From Bigelowiella natans CCMP2755 (lineage: Eukaryota; Protista; Cercozoa), in NCBI GenBank assembly GCA_000320545.1, contig ADNK01001197.1, positions 124,001 to 188,000 of the forward strand: a stretch of 64,000 nucleotides of DNA. The letters are read 5' to 3'. The position numbers were made by a program, and so were the translations under genes. The notes below the pieces were generated by a model. It saw only the letters and a list, made by a program, of their open reading frames with translations, was not told where the DNA came from and searched no databases. Shown in pieces: positions 39,666-52,081 of this stretch. Numbering within the stretch: position 1 is the stretch's first letter; each line of letters starts with the position of its first letter.

Positions 39666-40058
39666 GAGTTGATGACGGATCAGCAGGCCCCATTTTTGCA
39701 GATGACGACTTTCCATGAAAAATCCAGCGCGTTCAATTTCTACTCTTTTTTCATGCGGACTTCGGCATTCGCTTGCTCTGCACCTGCTGATTGTCCATCT
39801 TTGTGGGACAACACAGGCTTTGAAAATTGAAAGAGCCAAGACAAATTGAATTTTCATGAAAGTGTGGCGGGAACTCTCGTTTCATGTGATGCAGCAATGC
39901 TTGCACAAGTCCCCCAAAACTTCACACTGCGCAGGCGCAGGAGAACGAATGTCGAAGTCCGCGTGAAAAAAAAATGAAAATTCGTGGTGCTGGCACATTG
40001 CAAAGTCGCTGTTGCTCAGGATCAGAGGGAATGGGGGCTGCTGATCCGTCATCAACTC
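39666..40058. repeat. Imperfect inverted repeat (arms about 125 bp, spacer about 145 bp); MITE/fold-back-like
   Basis: gagttgatgacggatcagcag...ttttttcatgcggacttcggcattcg...cacctgc (39666-39787) matches the reverse complement of 39931-40058. Confidence 0.8.
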
Positions 40059-40851
40059 TCGGTGATCGATTTCAGCCGGCGAAACAGAGATGCTTTGTTC
40101 CACGTGTTTGTGGACACATCAGTCCACGATGTGCCATCTGGTATTTTTCGATTTTCAATGATGAAGCCGTAACTGCTCCAATCATTTATTCCCTCATGCA
40201 TTTCAGGACCGCTGCCTGCACATGTTGTGTACATGGCATTACATGTCCACATGCTATGATAGCTACCCCCTTCTTCTATGCTTACAATAGACACAGTAAT
40301 AGCATGTATATTATTACATGTAATATTACATGTCTACAATGCGTGCGACATGTATGTCTGCTATGGATAGATCTAGCTGTAGCTCTAGCTAGCTAGCTCC
40401 AGTCTCCAGTCGTAGAGCTATCTAGCTAGCTACAGTCACATGCACATCAGAAGTTTTGCTCGTGTACGTACATGCATAGCACTAGAGCGTTACAAGCATG
40501 TCCACAGACACACAAGTCATTATCTATATGCATTCATGCTGCGTCAATCTAGCAATGCACACACTTTTCGTGCATGGTGTAGGTGTGTTTGCTGCTTAGA
40601 TTGTGTCCATAGCTATAGAAGATAAATCCACTATTTCACTTGTGGCATTCTCGTGGCACATTGCAAGACATCGCATTGTTGTTCATTGGTGCTCGGCATG
40701 TTTCAATGTTACTGCAATTTATTTAGATGTTGCACGCACAATCGCGTACTCTTAGTCACCGTCAAATGAAATTGCCATAGCTAACTCGGATGAACACGGC
40801 ACAAATTGGCCTTAGCATCGTAAAAATGAAACTAGGCATATTCTTTGAAAT

Positions 40852-41955
40852 TTATTGGCAGTTTTCACCTCCTTCGAAACAGTGCACCTGGTTATTTTTC
40901 TCTGGAGCAGTGTAATCCTTCACCTCAGCCCATGCGCACTGCTCTTCCACTTTAAGAGCACCGAAAGCGACACGAATGTATCCCATCTCGCCCCAGTACT
41001 CTCCCCAACTGTTGCGAACGATCCAATAAGATCCCTTGGTATCATCTTTGCCCCAGCCGACGACTGAAATAACATGGTCTACCATTTCTCCCCTCATATC
41101 AGCGATGCCAGAAGTGTAGTTGAGAATTGGTGCAGCGTCGATTCCGCAAGAAATAGGTCCACGTGCTGCAATTTCTTTCTGCATAGCTGTTTGACCAGAA
41201 ATAGTTCCGTAGGCGGAGATACTAGCCATAGGGAATTGCTTGATAGGAAGGCACTTGCCCTGGGGAGGGAAGGTGCTGCATGTACGAGCTTCGTTCATAG
41301 GTGTGCAACTCCAATCAGCATTTCCACAGATTCCTTCTTCAGACTCAGAAGAGCAAGCCAAGTATGGGTTACTAGTCTGAAATTTTCATTAATTAGCCTA
41401 CTTGCAGAAATGGGATAACTTTATTTAATTAAAGTTACCTCGTATGAGATTCCTGATCCCTTATCAGATTTTGACTTAATCCATTGGTACGGTCCAGCTA
41501 CGGATCCTCCGTGGCAGCTTCCGACACCACCACCTGTGAAACATGTTTAAAAATCAGTCGGATCTCACTTGAATCGTTAAAGCTTAGCTGGCCGTACAGT
41601 TCAGAATGTGCTGAACAGATAGATCGATGTCAGCCCCCTGAGCCTTACGAGCAATCTTGATACGATCTCCAAGGGCAGATACAGATCCATGTGCCCAGCA
41701 GCTTCCACAGTACTGAGGAATATGCTGGTTGCGGCTGCGGGTACAGTAGGAAACTCCGTCCATATCACACCAATTGAGCTCATCAGGAACGGAAGCAACA
41801 CCCCATTTGTGTGGAACTTCGTGAGGAGCAGATCCTAGAGGATAGTCGTTTAACTTAATGCCGTGTTGGATTTCCTGCTCACGAGACCACACCTCATTTG
41901 GGCGGGTGCGTGGGTAAGCGTGGGATGAGACTGCGAACAAGGCTAGGGCAAACAT
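40852..41955 (-). CDS. CTSZ: Cathepsin Z (cathepsin X), papain-family cysteine carboxypeptidase
   Basis: Exons 41598-41955, 41439-41533 and 40852-41376 are joined by GT-AG introns. There is a signal peptide, the diagnostic RNQHIPQYCGSCWAHG (HIP insertion, catalytic Cys), DHVISVVGWG (His) and YWIVRNSWG (Asn). Confidence 0.96.
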
Positions 41956-42239
41956 TGGGATGGACTTTGAGCACCTTCCAGCCTCCTAAGACATAATTCT
42001 CGCAAATGCAGTTCAGCTTTCCCATTAGGTTGCTCTTCATCTTCCATTTCGTTGACGTATCTGAAAAATGATGGTCATCTTTGGAATCATGAAACTAAAT
42101 CCGGTTGCCGACTTGGCGGCACAAATTCGGAACGTACTTGAAAAGGCATACCAACTAATTCTACGACACTGAAAAAACAGAGATTCTGGAGTAAAAAAAA
42201 AGTGAGGCACAAGTGCATCATCAAGTTTCGCTGGTTGCA

Positions 42240-43290
42240 TGTCGCGACCATCCTCACGCTGTTCTTGGGTTGTGACGGGCAGTGACAGCCGAAAAATTGA
42301 AAGAATGTCGGTTCGTTGGAATCCTTTTTGACTGCCTCACGCCTTCTAGCCTTGCTAGCTTGCAATGTTCAATTGGCAATGTTCGGAGACGTCCCAGAGC
42401 TCCAGATGTGCTCACATGTGCATTGTGTGCTTGCAAGCTAGCAAGTGTGGTGTGTCGAGATGCACGATCATGCCACATCCTGGCATGGACATCATCGATC
42501 TAGCGATCCTCAGTCATTCTGGCACTCAACAATTGCAATGCCAGAATGTCCAGGTAGGTCGTGCAAGCGCTAGCAAGTGGAAGCGTGCATGTCAGTGCGC
42601 AATGCACACTGCACACACTCCAGCACCAACCCCAGAACAGGCAAGCAGCTAGCAAGTGCAACCCATGCTGGCATGCCAGCTAGCTAGCTAGCAGCTAGAA
42701 GTGTCCAGCGACTTTTCGTTCCTTTCCAGCATTCAAATTGTCATCGTTCTTTCAACACACGTCTCGGTCTAGCGGTGCTCTGGTGCCACCAGGCCAGCAT
42801 GAGCCACGTTTGCTCTTTCCTTCCTGACGAGTCTGGCTAGCTTGCTAGCTAGCTAGCTAGTAGGAGTCTTGTGGAAAATGATCCAAAAACGAACTTGACA
42901 CACATCAAAGTCGTGCCGATGCCCCTGCGAACGTGCTAGCGTGCTGCATGCTGGCATGTACTGACCAAGTGGCATTGGCTGCAGTCACAACGTCTTGCTT
43001 CACACCTAGTTGGATCTGGGCAAAAACTTCTTTCTTCAACTGTAGCAACTGCACATTGACATGTGTGCGAGGTGAGTCATTCATCATTGGCCAGCTTGGC
43101 TAGTTGGGCGATGTCTCGTCCGAATCATCACGCAACATGCACATCTCAATCAATTCTTGTTCGCCAACCTTTTTGCTTCATCTTCATGAACAACACTACT
43201 TCCGTTTGCGTTGAATGTCTGTCTTTGTCTTTTCATCATGATTTCTTCGGGAACAACTGCTGAAAGGACCATCACCTGCATGTGTGCTAA
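42240..43290. other. TpA-depleted domain with (GCTA)n / GCCAGC / GCTGGC arrays
   Basis: Nearly all remaining TA are in CTAG or TAG. The domain overlaps the inferred last exon of the K+ channel gene. Confidence 0.85.
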
Positions 43291-46267
43291 ACCATCATGG
43301 TCGTTGTCATTTGACATCGATTCTGACATTGTCGTACCATGTCCGTGTTGGAGACGAGCATATTTGCTTTAGGGCTCGTCACACAGTATCGTTTCATCTA
43401 TCATGTCATATTAATCGTATTTGTGTTTTTGGAAAAAAATTAAAGTGCTACCTCATTTCCCTCTTTGTTCCTTCGCACACAATATCTGATGCATACATGC
43501 CACAGTGAAGATGGGAACAATGAAAGTAACATGATAATTATGTGATAATCAAAAATTTTATATCTTCTGATGCAAACATTATGCTTACTTACAAAGCAAC
43601 TGGAATAATTTTCTTTGGAATGAAGTAATTCCGCACGGATTTCCAGTCCCTATAACAATTCCAACCATTGGATGAAGTTATTCTTATCACACTACGAGGG
43701 TATATTAGTTTTACTTTCCAGAAGTCGCCATCGCCTTTATCCTGTAAATGAAATTATTAGTAGATGTCTACATTCTTGAGTTGCTTTTATTTCATTCCGA
43801 GTATTTCATTTGGTGTTTCACCGACCTGATTCCATATACTTGTGCATGGCCTGCTCTACTCGATGTGAGCATAAGAGCATTCATCACGTTGACAAGGTAG
43901 GGGTTATCTTGACTCTATAGACAAGCAAAACCAGAAGAAGAAAAAGAAACAAAAGAAAAAGGAAAATAAAAGAAGGAGAAGGAACAGAGGGGGAGCAAGA
44001 GGAGGAGGAGAGAGGGGTTATGCTAGCAACTTTCATATGGTCAATCGAATTAAAGATCAGAGCTATTTTACCTGCATTAGCAACAACTGAGCGATTCTTT
44101 TAGGCACAGCCCGACCCTGATGAACGTGGAAGCCTCAAATGAACATACGCAGCTGTTCTCTCTTTCTTTCGCCCCTTACCCTCCGCATTTTAAATATCAA
44201 TTCGTTCACCTCTGCAAGCAAAGGATTCGTAAACTCTCTCTCATCAGGCCAGTAATGTAAGTATCCTAGCTGAAAAGGACAACGGGAATACTTACAAAAG
44301 AACATAGCAATAGATAATACTCTATTCTTAGACGCTCCTCCTCCTCCTCCTCCTCCTCCTCCTCCTCCTCCTCCTCCCCATGAACATGAGTAACATTAAT
44401 ATGGAAATGCACTTTTGAGTAGAGAACCCCATACCGTATTCATGTCACTAAGCTCTGTTACAATCGGAACGTATCTATTTGGTCATAAATAAAGAGATTT
44501 CGTTCAAATGACAACGCAAATTTATAAAATACATATTTTTTCGGAACGCTGCTACCATCGTTCCCGCTAATTTTTACCTGCATCCTTGGTTTCGCATCAT
44601 CTCCAAATACGATGATAATCGCACAGCAAGAAACATAGCAGGTGCATCCTTTAGTAATGGGTTGAAGAAATATAATAAAAGTCACCACGTCATTAGAGAG
44701 AGAGCTTCCACCATTTTTTATAATAGGTGTTCATGAGTAGAATCTTTCGTCTAAAGCACCAACAGTGACTGTGAAGGTGAAACGCGAGGAGTATAATTAC
44801 TCTACAACAGAAATTGCCAATCTTACTACAACTAAGACTACATTATGACCTCTGGGAGTGAGAGCAAAAGGCTGTTCTCACCATCTTCAACTCGATGCTC
44901 GCATACGATCACTTGTCTGTTAATAACAGATTAGTACAAAGAACAGTGATGGAGATGATTATAGTGACAACCATGACGAAGACGACAACAACGACGATGG
45001 AGACCGTAAAAGTAAACTATAACAACCGATGAACAGACTGTAACTATTTTGTTTGCAAAGCCTACATCGATTTGGCTCTTGGGCAGTGACGACTGATCAT
45101 GGAGGGATACCACCTGCATCTCTCCAGCTTCAGCATGCGGAACAATCTTTTGTCCCGCACGTTGTTTTTAATCCAATAAACCTATTGATGACGATAACTA
45201 TATAGTTTTAAACGCTTAAGAGTGGCAAAACACCATAGAAATACAACAACACCTACAGCGAGAACAGCATACACGGTTCTGCTATGGTGATCCTACTTCC
45301 TTCTACCTCCTTGCATAGTGATAATGCTCTGATATCCGGATAAACCTTCGAGAGACTTATTTTTGTGTGATAAATAAAATTTTGTTCCCATTGATAACAT
45401 GAAATTAAGAAACCAAATTCTTTCGAATAGTGGGAATCGTTGCAATTTTTCTAAAACGATTCGGGGATGTACATTATCATTATTCCTCAGTGTTTGTAAT
45501 AGCGATTATCTCCTCTATTTCATACGGCTACTTTCTAAACTTTCTATTAGTACTTTTGCGAATGAACCACTACTACTTTGATCGATGACTTTTGCTGTGA
45601 AACCTAATATTTTGAAGCATAAGAGCTGTCAGACGCACGGATCTCCGGGAAATTAAGTTATACCTTCATGGCAGAATAAAAATAGAGTGTAGGACAATAT
45701 AATTACCCGAAATTAAGAGAAACTATTTACCTTCCATCGCCTTTTTATAGGACTTAATAAATAATGGAGATCCTCTGGCCTTGGGTCGAAGATAACAATA
45801 TGACCATGCCATTTATCACATAGTACCTGAAAAATTAGAAAGAGGAAGGGAAAAGAGAAAAGAGACAGCATTTCTGGATACATTTCTCTACTGTTCGTCC
45901 AAGTAAAATAGTAAATTGTATATCGTAAGAATGTTGCAAACCAGATTTATATAACAATCGAACTGAGTGTTTTCACTCAGATTGATTCAGGGATGCTATA
46001 TCGAACAAATTTGATGATGTATGAATACTACTGTAACACAATTGGCAGCAGCAGCAATTTCCTCCGTAGAAATTATTCAGGCTTCTAAATGAAGGTAGTT
46101 TTGTGCATGTAACTTTTGACTCATTAACTACCTCTGTATTGCTTTGTGCTCCATCAAAAACATGGGTTATATACACAGACATGCCGCTGGTGTAATATGT
46201 AAGTGTGAGTTCGATGAAGCTTACATCGTTCTACATTTTACATATCCACGCACACACACGCCCCCCC

Positions 46268-46310
<43 letters not shown>

Positions 46311-49300
46311 TAGTTAGATAAATATGTATGTGTGCAAACTTGCCGCCGTAATTTATCCCATGTTAATATTGGCCCTATGAGCAACTTGCACTACATTCCT
46401 CGCCTTTTGAAGAATCCATCACTTGTTTCCTCTTTTGCCACTTTTTCAGCTATTTCCTTTAGAGTCTACATGCAATAAAAGTAGAGGGGAGGAGAACGAA
46501 GAGGAAAAGGAGAAGGTCTTAATTATGGTTTTAAAAAGCAATTTTCCAATCGTGAGATCATATCAATGAATGTATGGCTATCCCATACCGTTGAATCGCT
46601 TTAAGATACCATAGTTTTGCTTTGATCTACCTAGTCTAGTATCTACTTAGTCTAGTACCTTCTTCCTTGCTTCATGCTTTAATTGCTTCAAGTCGCTCAG
46701 CTGCTGACGCACGGCTTTGTGGCGGTCTACAATTCTGTTTGCAACGACAATAACGACAACAGCACGAAGAACAGTGATTACGACAACGGTATAATTAGAT
46801 GCAATACATCGAAATTCCATGTACCCCGAGCAACCCTACAGTATGCTTTCGAGGTTATTTGGTAATAGACGGACGTAGTGTTAGAAAATCTTTACTACTC
46901 CCTCTCCTACTTTATGCTGTGCTTCTTTTTTGTCTTCTCAGCTGGAGAAATCTGAGGGCATATTTATAGTGAGCTGGATGATTGTAATCGTTCTTGTGAG
47001 ACAGTGACATTTCCTGTAATAGTATCGATTACTAGAAATATAGCATAGTGAGGTTGGAGAAGGGTAGAAGGAGAGATATCCATGACAATATCTTACCTCA
47101 AGTATTGCTCTTGCGGAATCTTTTCCAAAAACAATTTCTTGGGCTGGGGGAATGATTGATCCACTGGATGTTTTTTCATTATTGTCCCAAAAAGCACAAA
47201 TAAATGTTAGATCAATCTCCAATCATATCTACAGTGGGTAGAACGCCAAGATACAGAATATTATCAAAAGGATGGTGCTATCAACAACGATTAACCTTAT
47301 GAAAGTGCTTTTATTTTTCTCCTGAACACTGAGGTGATGCTTCCGATCGTTTGTTTCGAGACTGACATTCTGAGTAGAGGTGGTAACGCACATTAGTCGT
47401 GAGATATACTAGGAAGAGAAGGATGAAGAAGAATGGGGGAGAAGAGGAAGCGGGGCGAGTATCAATGTCTTGTTCGTACCACGTCTTCACATCCATAACT
47501 ATCACGTATAATGTGTTACATAATCATGAGATGATTCATACCACCTCGTTTTGTCGCTGAATAGAACCTCTGGTAAAAATGCGGGTAAGGAAGGTGGAAT
47601 TTTTACGATTTGGGGGCCTGATTATTTTTTCCTCATTTTCTTTTGCGACAAACGCGGATTTTCCTCCGTGATGTGTAATTCTCTCTTTTGTATTCACACG
47701 ATAAAATTCGGGCAACTTATCAAAGGTTTGGGAAGACAGTAGATGGTTTATGACAAGAGCCAAGGATTTCGAACAAGTTATTTCCATAGAATAATTGAGA
47801 AATAATTAATGATAATATTCCATCGATTATCAATGAAAACAAACTTTTTAGTCATGATTTTACAATCACGCGCAGTGATGATAGTCTATGTAATCTCGTG
47901 GTATGTGAAACTAATTCTGTTCTACCACATAGTAATTGTTCACGTATTAGAATCACTGGTATCACAACAGTATGATAACTTTAAATATAAACTACATACT
48001 ATCTAATGGCCCCGCTAGTTGTAATGTGTTGTAAACTAGCACAACCGTCTTTATCCTCGTTGGACTTTTGGACGGTGAGGCAGCAGCAGCCGCCCATTTC
48101 CTTTGGTTGGCAATATTCTCTAATGCCTGGTGAAAAACGCATAATGAAGGTGTAACGTCTAAAGACAGCATGTATTGGGTGTGCCATGCTACTCTTTGAC
48201 ATAGATAATTAGGATGACAGGCTCGCTATTTTATTCAGGTGATGTAGTTGTAGCTGTGATTGAAGGTAACATTAGCTCTTGTGTAATTGTATCAGTAGAA
48301 AATATCATATGTAGTGCTAGCTGTTAGTAGAAACCTCTTTAAACCCGAGGACGTCTATCTTCACGGAATCAATGAGCTCTACTCTCTCTGTATCTACGAT
48401 AGTGCAGTAATTAAAGGTGGCGATGCATGTATGTACAAATACGTAGAAATCAAATACTACAATGCAAGGTCATTTGTCAATGAGAGGGGAGGCACTGACA
48501 AAAAGCCCCCCTCCTCCTCCTAATCATCATTATCTCCTTAGTCCAGTGGTAACAACCTTCCTTTCCACCGTAGCATTCAACTACAAGGGGACAGTGGTCG
48601 TCGAGGCTAATGTACGTACGACCGTCATCATCATAATTTGGCCAATGGATGAAATAAAATTAAAGCAGCAGTCAACAGGAAACTGAGACACAGAGCTACC
48701 TTGAAAGCTCTATTGCAAAGGTAGAGAACTTGACTGATCTCGGTGTTTTATTAGCAGTACCCTACATTGAGAAATAACATAGTGGAAGATATGAGGATGG
48801 GAAAAATGTAACTTCTAGCTTGATGGCTACCTTGGCAGGTGTCGATTTCTTAGGTTTAGGTTGATTCTTGGCGTCCCCCAGCTGCCCTCATTTATGGGCA
48901 ATGGTTAGTAGTTAGTATGACGGAACGATGATAGATTATCATTATAATTATCATACTTCGTCAGTATTAATTTTGATTTCCTCATCCGCTTTTTCCGGAT
49001 TCTTTTTCTTAATATCGTTCTTGTCTTTATCGTACAAAGTGCGTGTCAGTTGTGTTGATCCAGGGATAGAAGCGTCCTCTTTAAGATCTGCTGTTCCCTC
49101 ACTCGCGTTATTCTCATCGAAACTCATTGTCGTTGTCACTTTGGTCGAGAAATCTGCCAAATCAGTCTGATGCAAAGTCCCAACCCTGTTGTTCATGTAC
49201 GGGGAGAAAGAGGGGAGAGGGGCACAAGTGCAAACTCTTTGTTAACATTGTTCCTGTGTCGTTCTTACATTGGTTTATTTCGTCTGTCCGCGGTGATTTC

Positions 49301-52008
49301 TACATTTCTTTATGATAATCCTTTTATATTTCACTTTATGTACTTCTCAATTCCATTCGTTGAAGAGGAGAATTTCGAATCTATGCCGGAAGATTGTACA
49401 GATATTGACGCTTTGCGCTCACTAAGGATTAGTCCGCATTAGTACATGTTGCCTTATCACTTTAGTTATTCGTCGCAAGCAGTAGCAGGATGACGAAATA
49501 ACTAAACTATGAAATATGAAGAACCTTTTTCCGAGTCCCAAGATTCCAGCGCTATACTTGGCAAGGAAGGATTGATTATCTAGGCGTTAGTAAGCAGGAA
49601 GCAACAATAGAACAATCAAGATCATATTTCTAACAGCATATTGACGATGGCCGCTCAATCGTAGAGTAGTTTATTATCTTTGAAGTAAGAAGGATGAATG
49701 ATAAGGAAGGGCAATTAGTTTCCGAATATTATATTAGCATGACCCTCTCTCCCCTCCCTATCTCAGAATAATCTAATATCCATAACCTCTGACGGGGCTG
49801 AAAAACCCATTAATGTTTGTTCTAGAATACGGTATATGAATCAAGGATTCTGAGTTCTGCAGTGTTTTGTTTTTCAGTTTCGATTTTTCGTATTTCTTAC
49901 TGTTCTGATGCACCACCAACCTAGAGTCAGAGTATTGTGGTTGTCGATGGAGTCCTGGCGAATGGTAATCTGCAAAATATGACATGATGAAGACAGTTTC
50001 GCATAAGAGAAGCATGGTGTAGTGATGATGATGAAGACGATAATGATGATTCTTAATAACATTATTATTATCATTATTAATATCATCATTATTATTACCA
50101 TCATTCTCATTATCATAGTAACGATTATTCTTTACGATGGTAAATTGTATTGCAAGTTAGATATATTGTACGACTGCTGCTACTTTGACTCGGTCGTAGC
50201 TTCTAAGTAATCCCTCATCTCGAAGTGTGAGACTGATAGGCACGGCGCCTTTTCTGCGCTTTCTGTGGTAGTAAATTCTGTGGGGACTTGCGATTTTTAT
50301 ATTTATTGAATATGGATGCACCGCCCACTAAATTCTGCAGCAAACCCATGACGTTCGCCTCATCCGCTACTTCTCTTTAAACATTTCTTGCTATAGTTAT
50401 TTTTGTTCTTGCTCTTCGTTCGTACCACCTCAGTCATTTTTTCCTACTGTAATAATTACCTTGCTTGTTCGTCAGTAATGTTTGGGTCCGTTAAATCTGG
50501 TGTTAAATAAAATTTTTGAGAGAATGGAACAGACGAAAATGAGATAGTGACACGCGTAATCATTCTGTTGCTTTTCATTCGACAAATCAAGGGTCACCTA
50601 GTAGATCTATAATTACCATCAATATCGTGCTGTGTACGTGATACTACAACAAGAAGAGCATCTTTTGGAATTTCACAATCCTATTTATCAAGAGATATTA
50701 GTGTTGTAAGGATATAAACATTTAACCATTGCTGCTGTTAAATCACAATACCGTCAGTGAATATCACAATACCGTCAGTGAATTAGTAATAAGTAATTGG
50801 ACCTTTCCGTAAGGGGCAAGGAAAACCCATCCATTTCTCCGAACGTATCCAAGAAGAAGCACACTAAGTTTGTGAGTCATCGCAGAATGTCAGGAACGGT
50901 AATAATGTACATGATGGATGGTTGATTTAGAGATTCTTAAAGATACGAGGATGATGATGATAACAGCGAGGCGATATCGACCTCGGCGATCACAATAACC
51001 ATGATGGCGATAATAATAAATATAGAGATATGGAGACTAGTGATGATGGCTGCCCGACATATTTTCATTGGACTATTTGATGATCGTTGTCATTACTCAT
51101 TCCTGTTTAATACTTCGTCAGCATAGTCCCAGAAATCCTTTCCCCATACCTCCGGAAGAGGGTCGATAACTCGCAGCTAAGAAGAGAGAAAAATTAGTAG
51201 AAGTGCTGCACAAAAGTAAAGGATTCATAGGAATATCATCCTATAATAATTTGCCTCAGAGTTGGAAGCAAATAGTAGAAATTTTATTTTAAGTAGTACA
51301 TATACAACTGGGAATGAGAAGGATATTATAGTCACCAGCTTCCCAATTTACAAAGTTAAAAGAGGATCGACAAGATGGATGTTGACAACTGATTTAGAAT
51401 AGATCTTAAAGTATATCGGTAGGTTACTTAGAGAGTCATTTAAAGGGGAGCGTTTCATCCCTCGTTAAAGCAGGAAAATATCTATCATTATTGCTGTGTT
51501 CTACTTTAGAGCAGCAGCTACGATAAGATGGTGAATCACATAAGTGTCTCAGAGTATAAATCGACATTTAATTTCGAAATTCCACACATCCAGTGATCAT
51601 CATCATTACCATCATCACCATCATCAGCAGTAACCTCATATGATGCGCCCGTCATATAGTCGTTAAGCCATTCCTCTTCGCCAGTCTAGCAGTACAACGA
51701 TGATCATTATTAAGTCTTTATTGTAATTATGGAATTGTGTCTGAGTCTTCCAGCCTCGAAATGTAGTTGAGTGTTTATGAACAACTTTCTCATTGAACTA
51801 CTACTGCTCAACCACCACCGTTAAACCACCATAATCGTCACCATCGATCTCATCCAATTATATGTTAACGCCCTACTGTTATCAATATCATCTTGACCTC
51901 TGGATTCATTTCAATATCTGCGTCGCCTATATTTGTCACCTTCCAAACCAAAACATCTTAGTCTCATGAAAGTAAGATGCTGAACTCAAAGAAATCACAT
52001 TTGTAAAG

Positions 52009-52081
<73 letters not shown>

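Noticed and set aside
33945-40172. Dozens of overlapping ORFs in all six frames (also 2750-3355, 42037-43263, 62241-63995)
   Set aside because: Loss of TA removes TAA and TAG stops, so long ORFs arise in every frame. Only frames with recognisable motifs were accepted.
50744-50782. 21-bp tandem duplication (and a 25-bp duplication at about 53685-53735)
   Set aside because: Simple intronic slippage duplications with no further structure.
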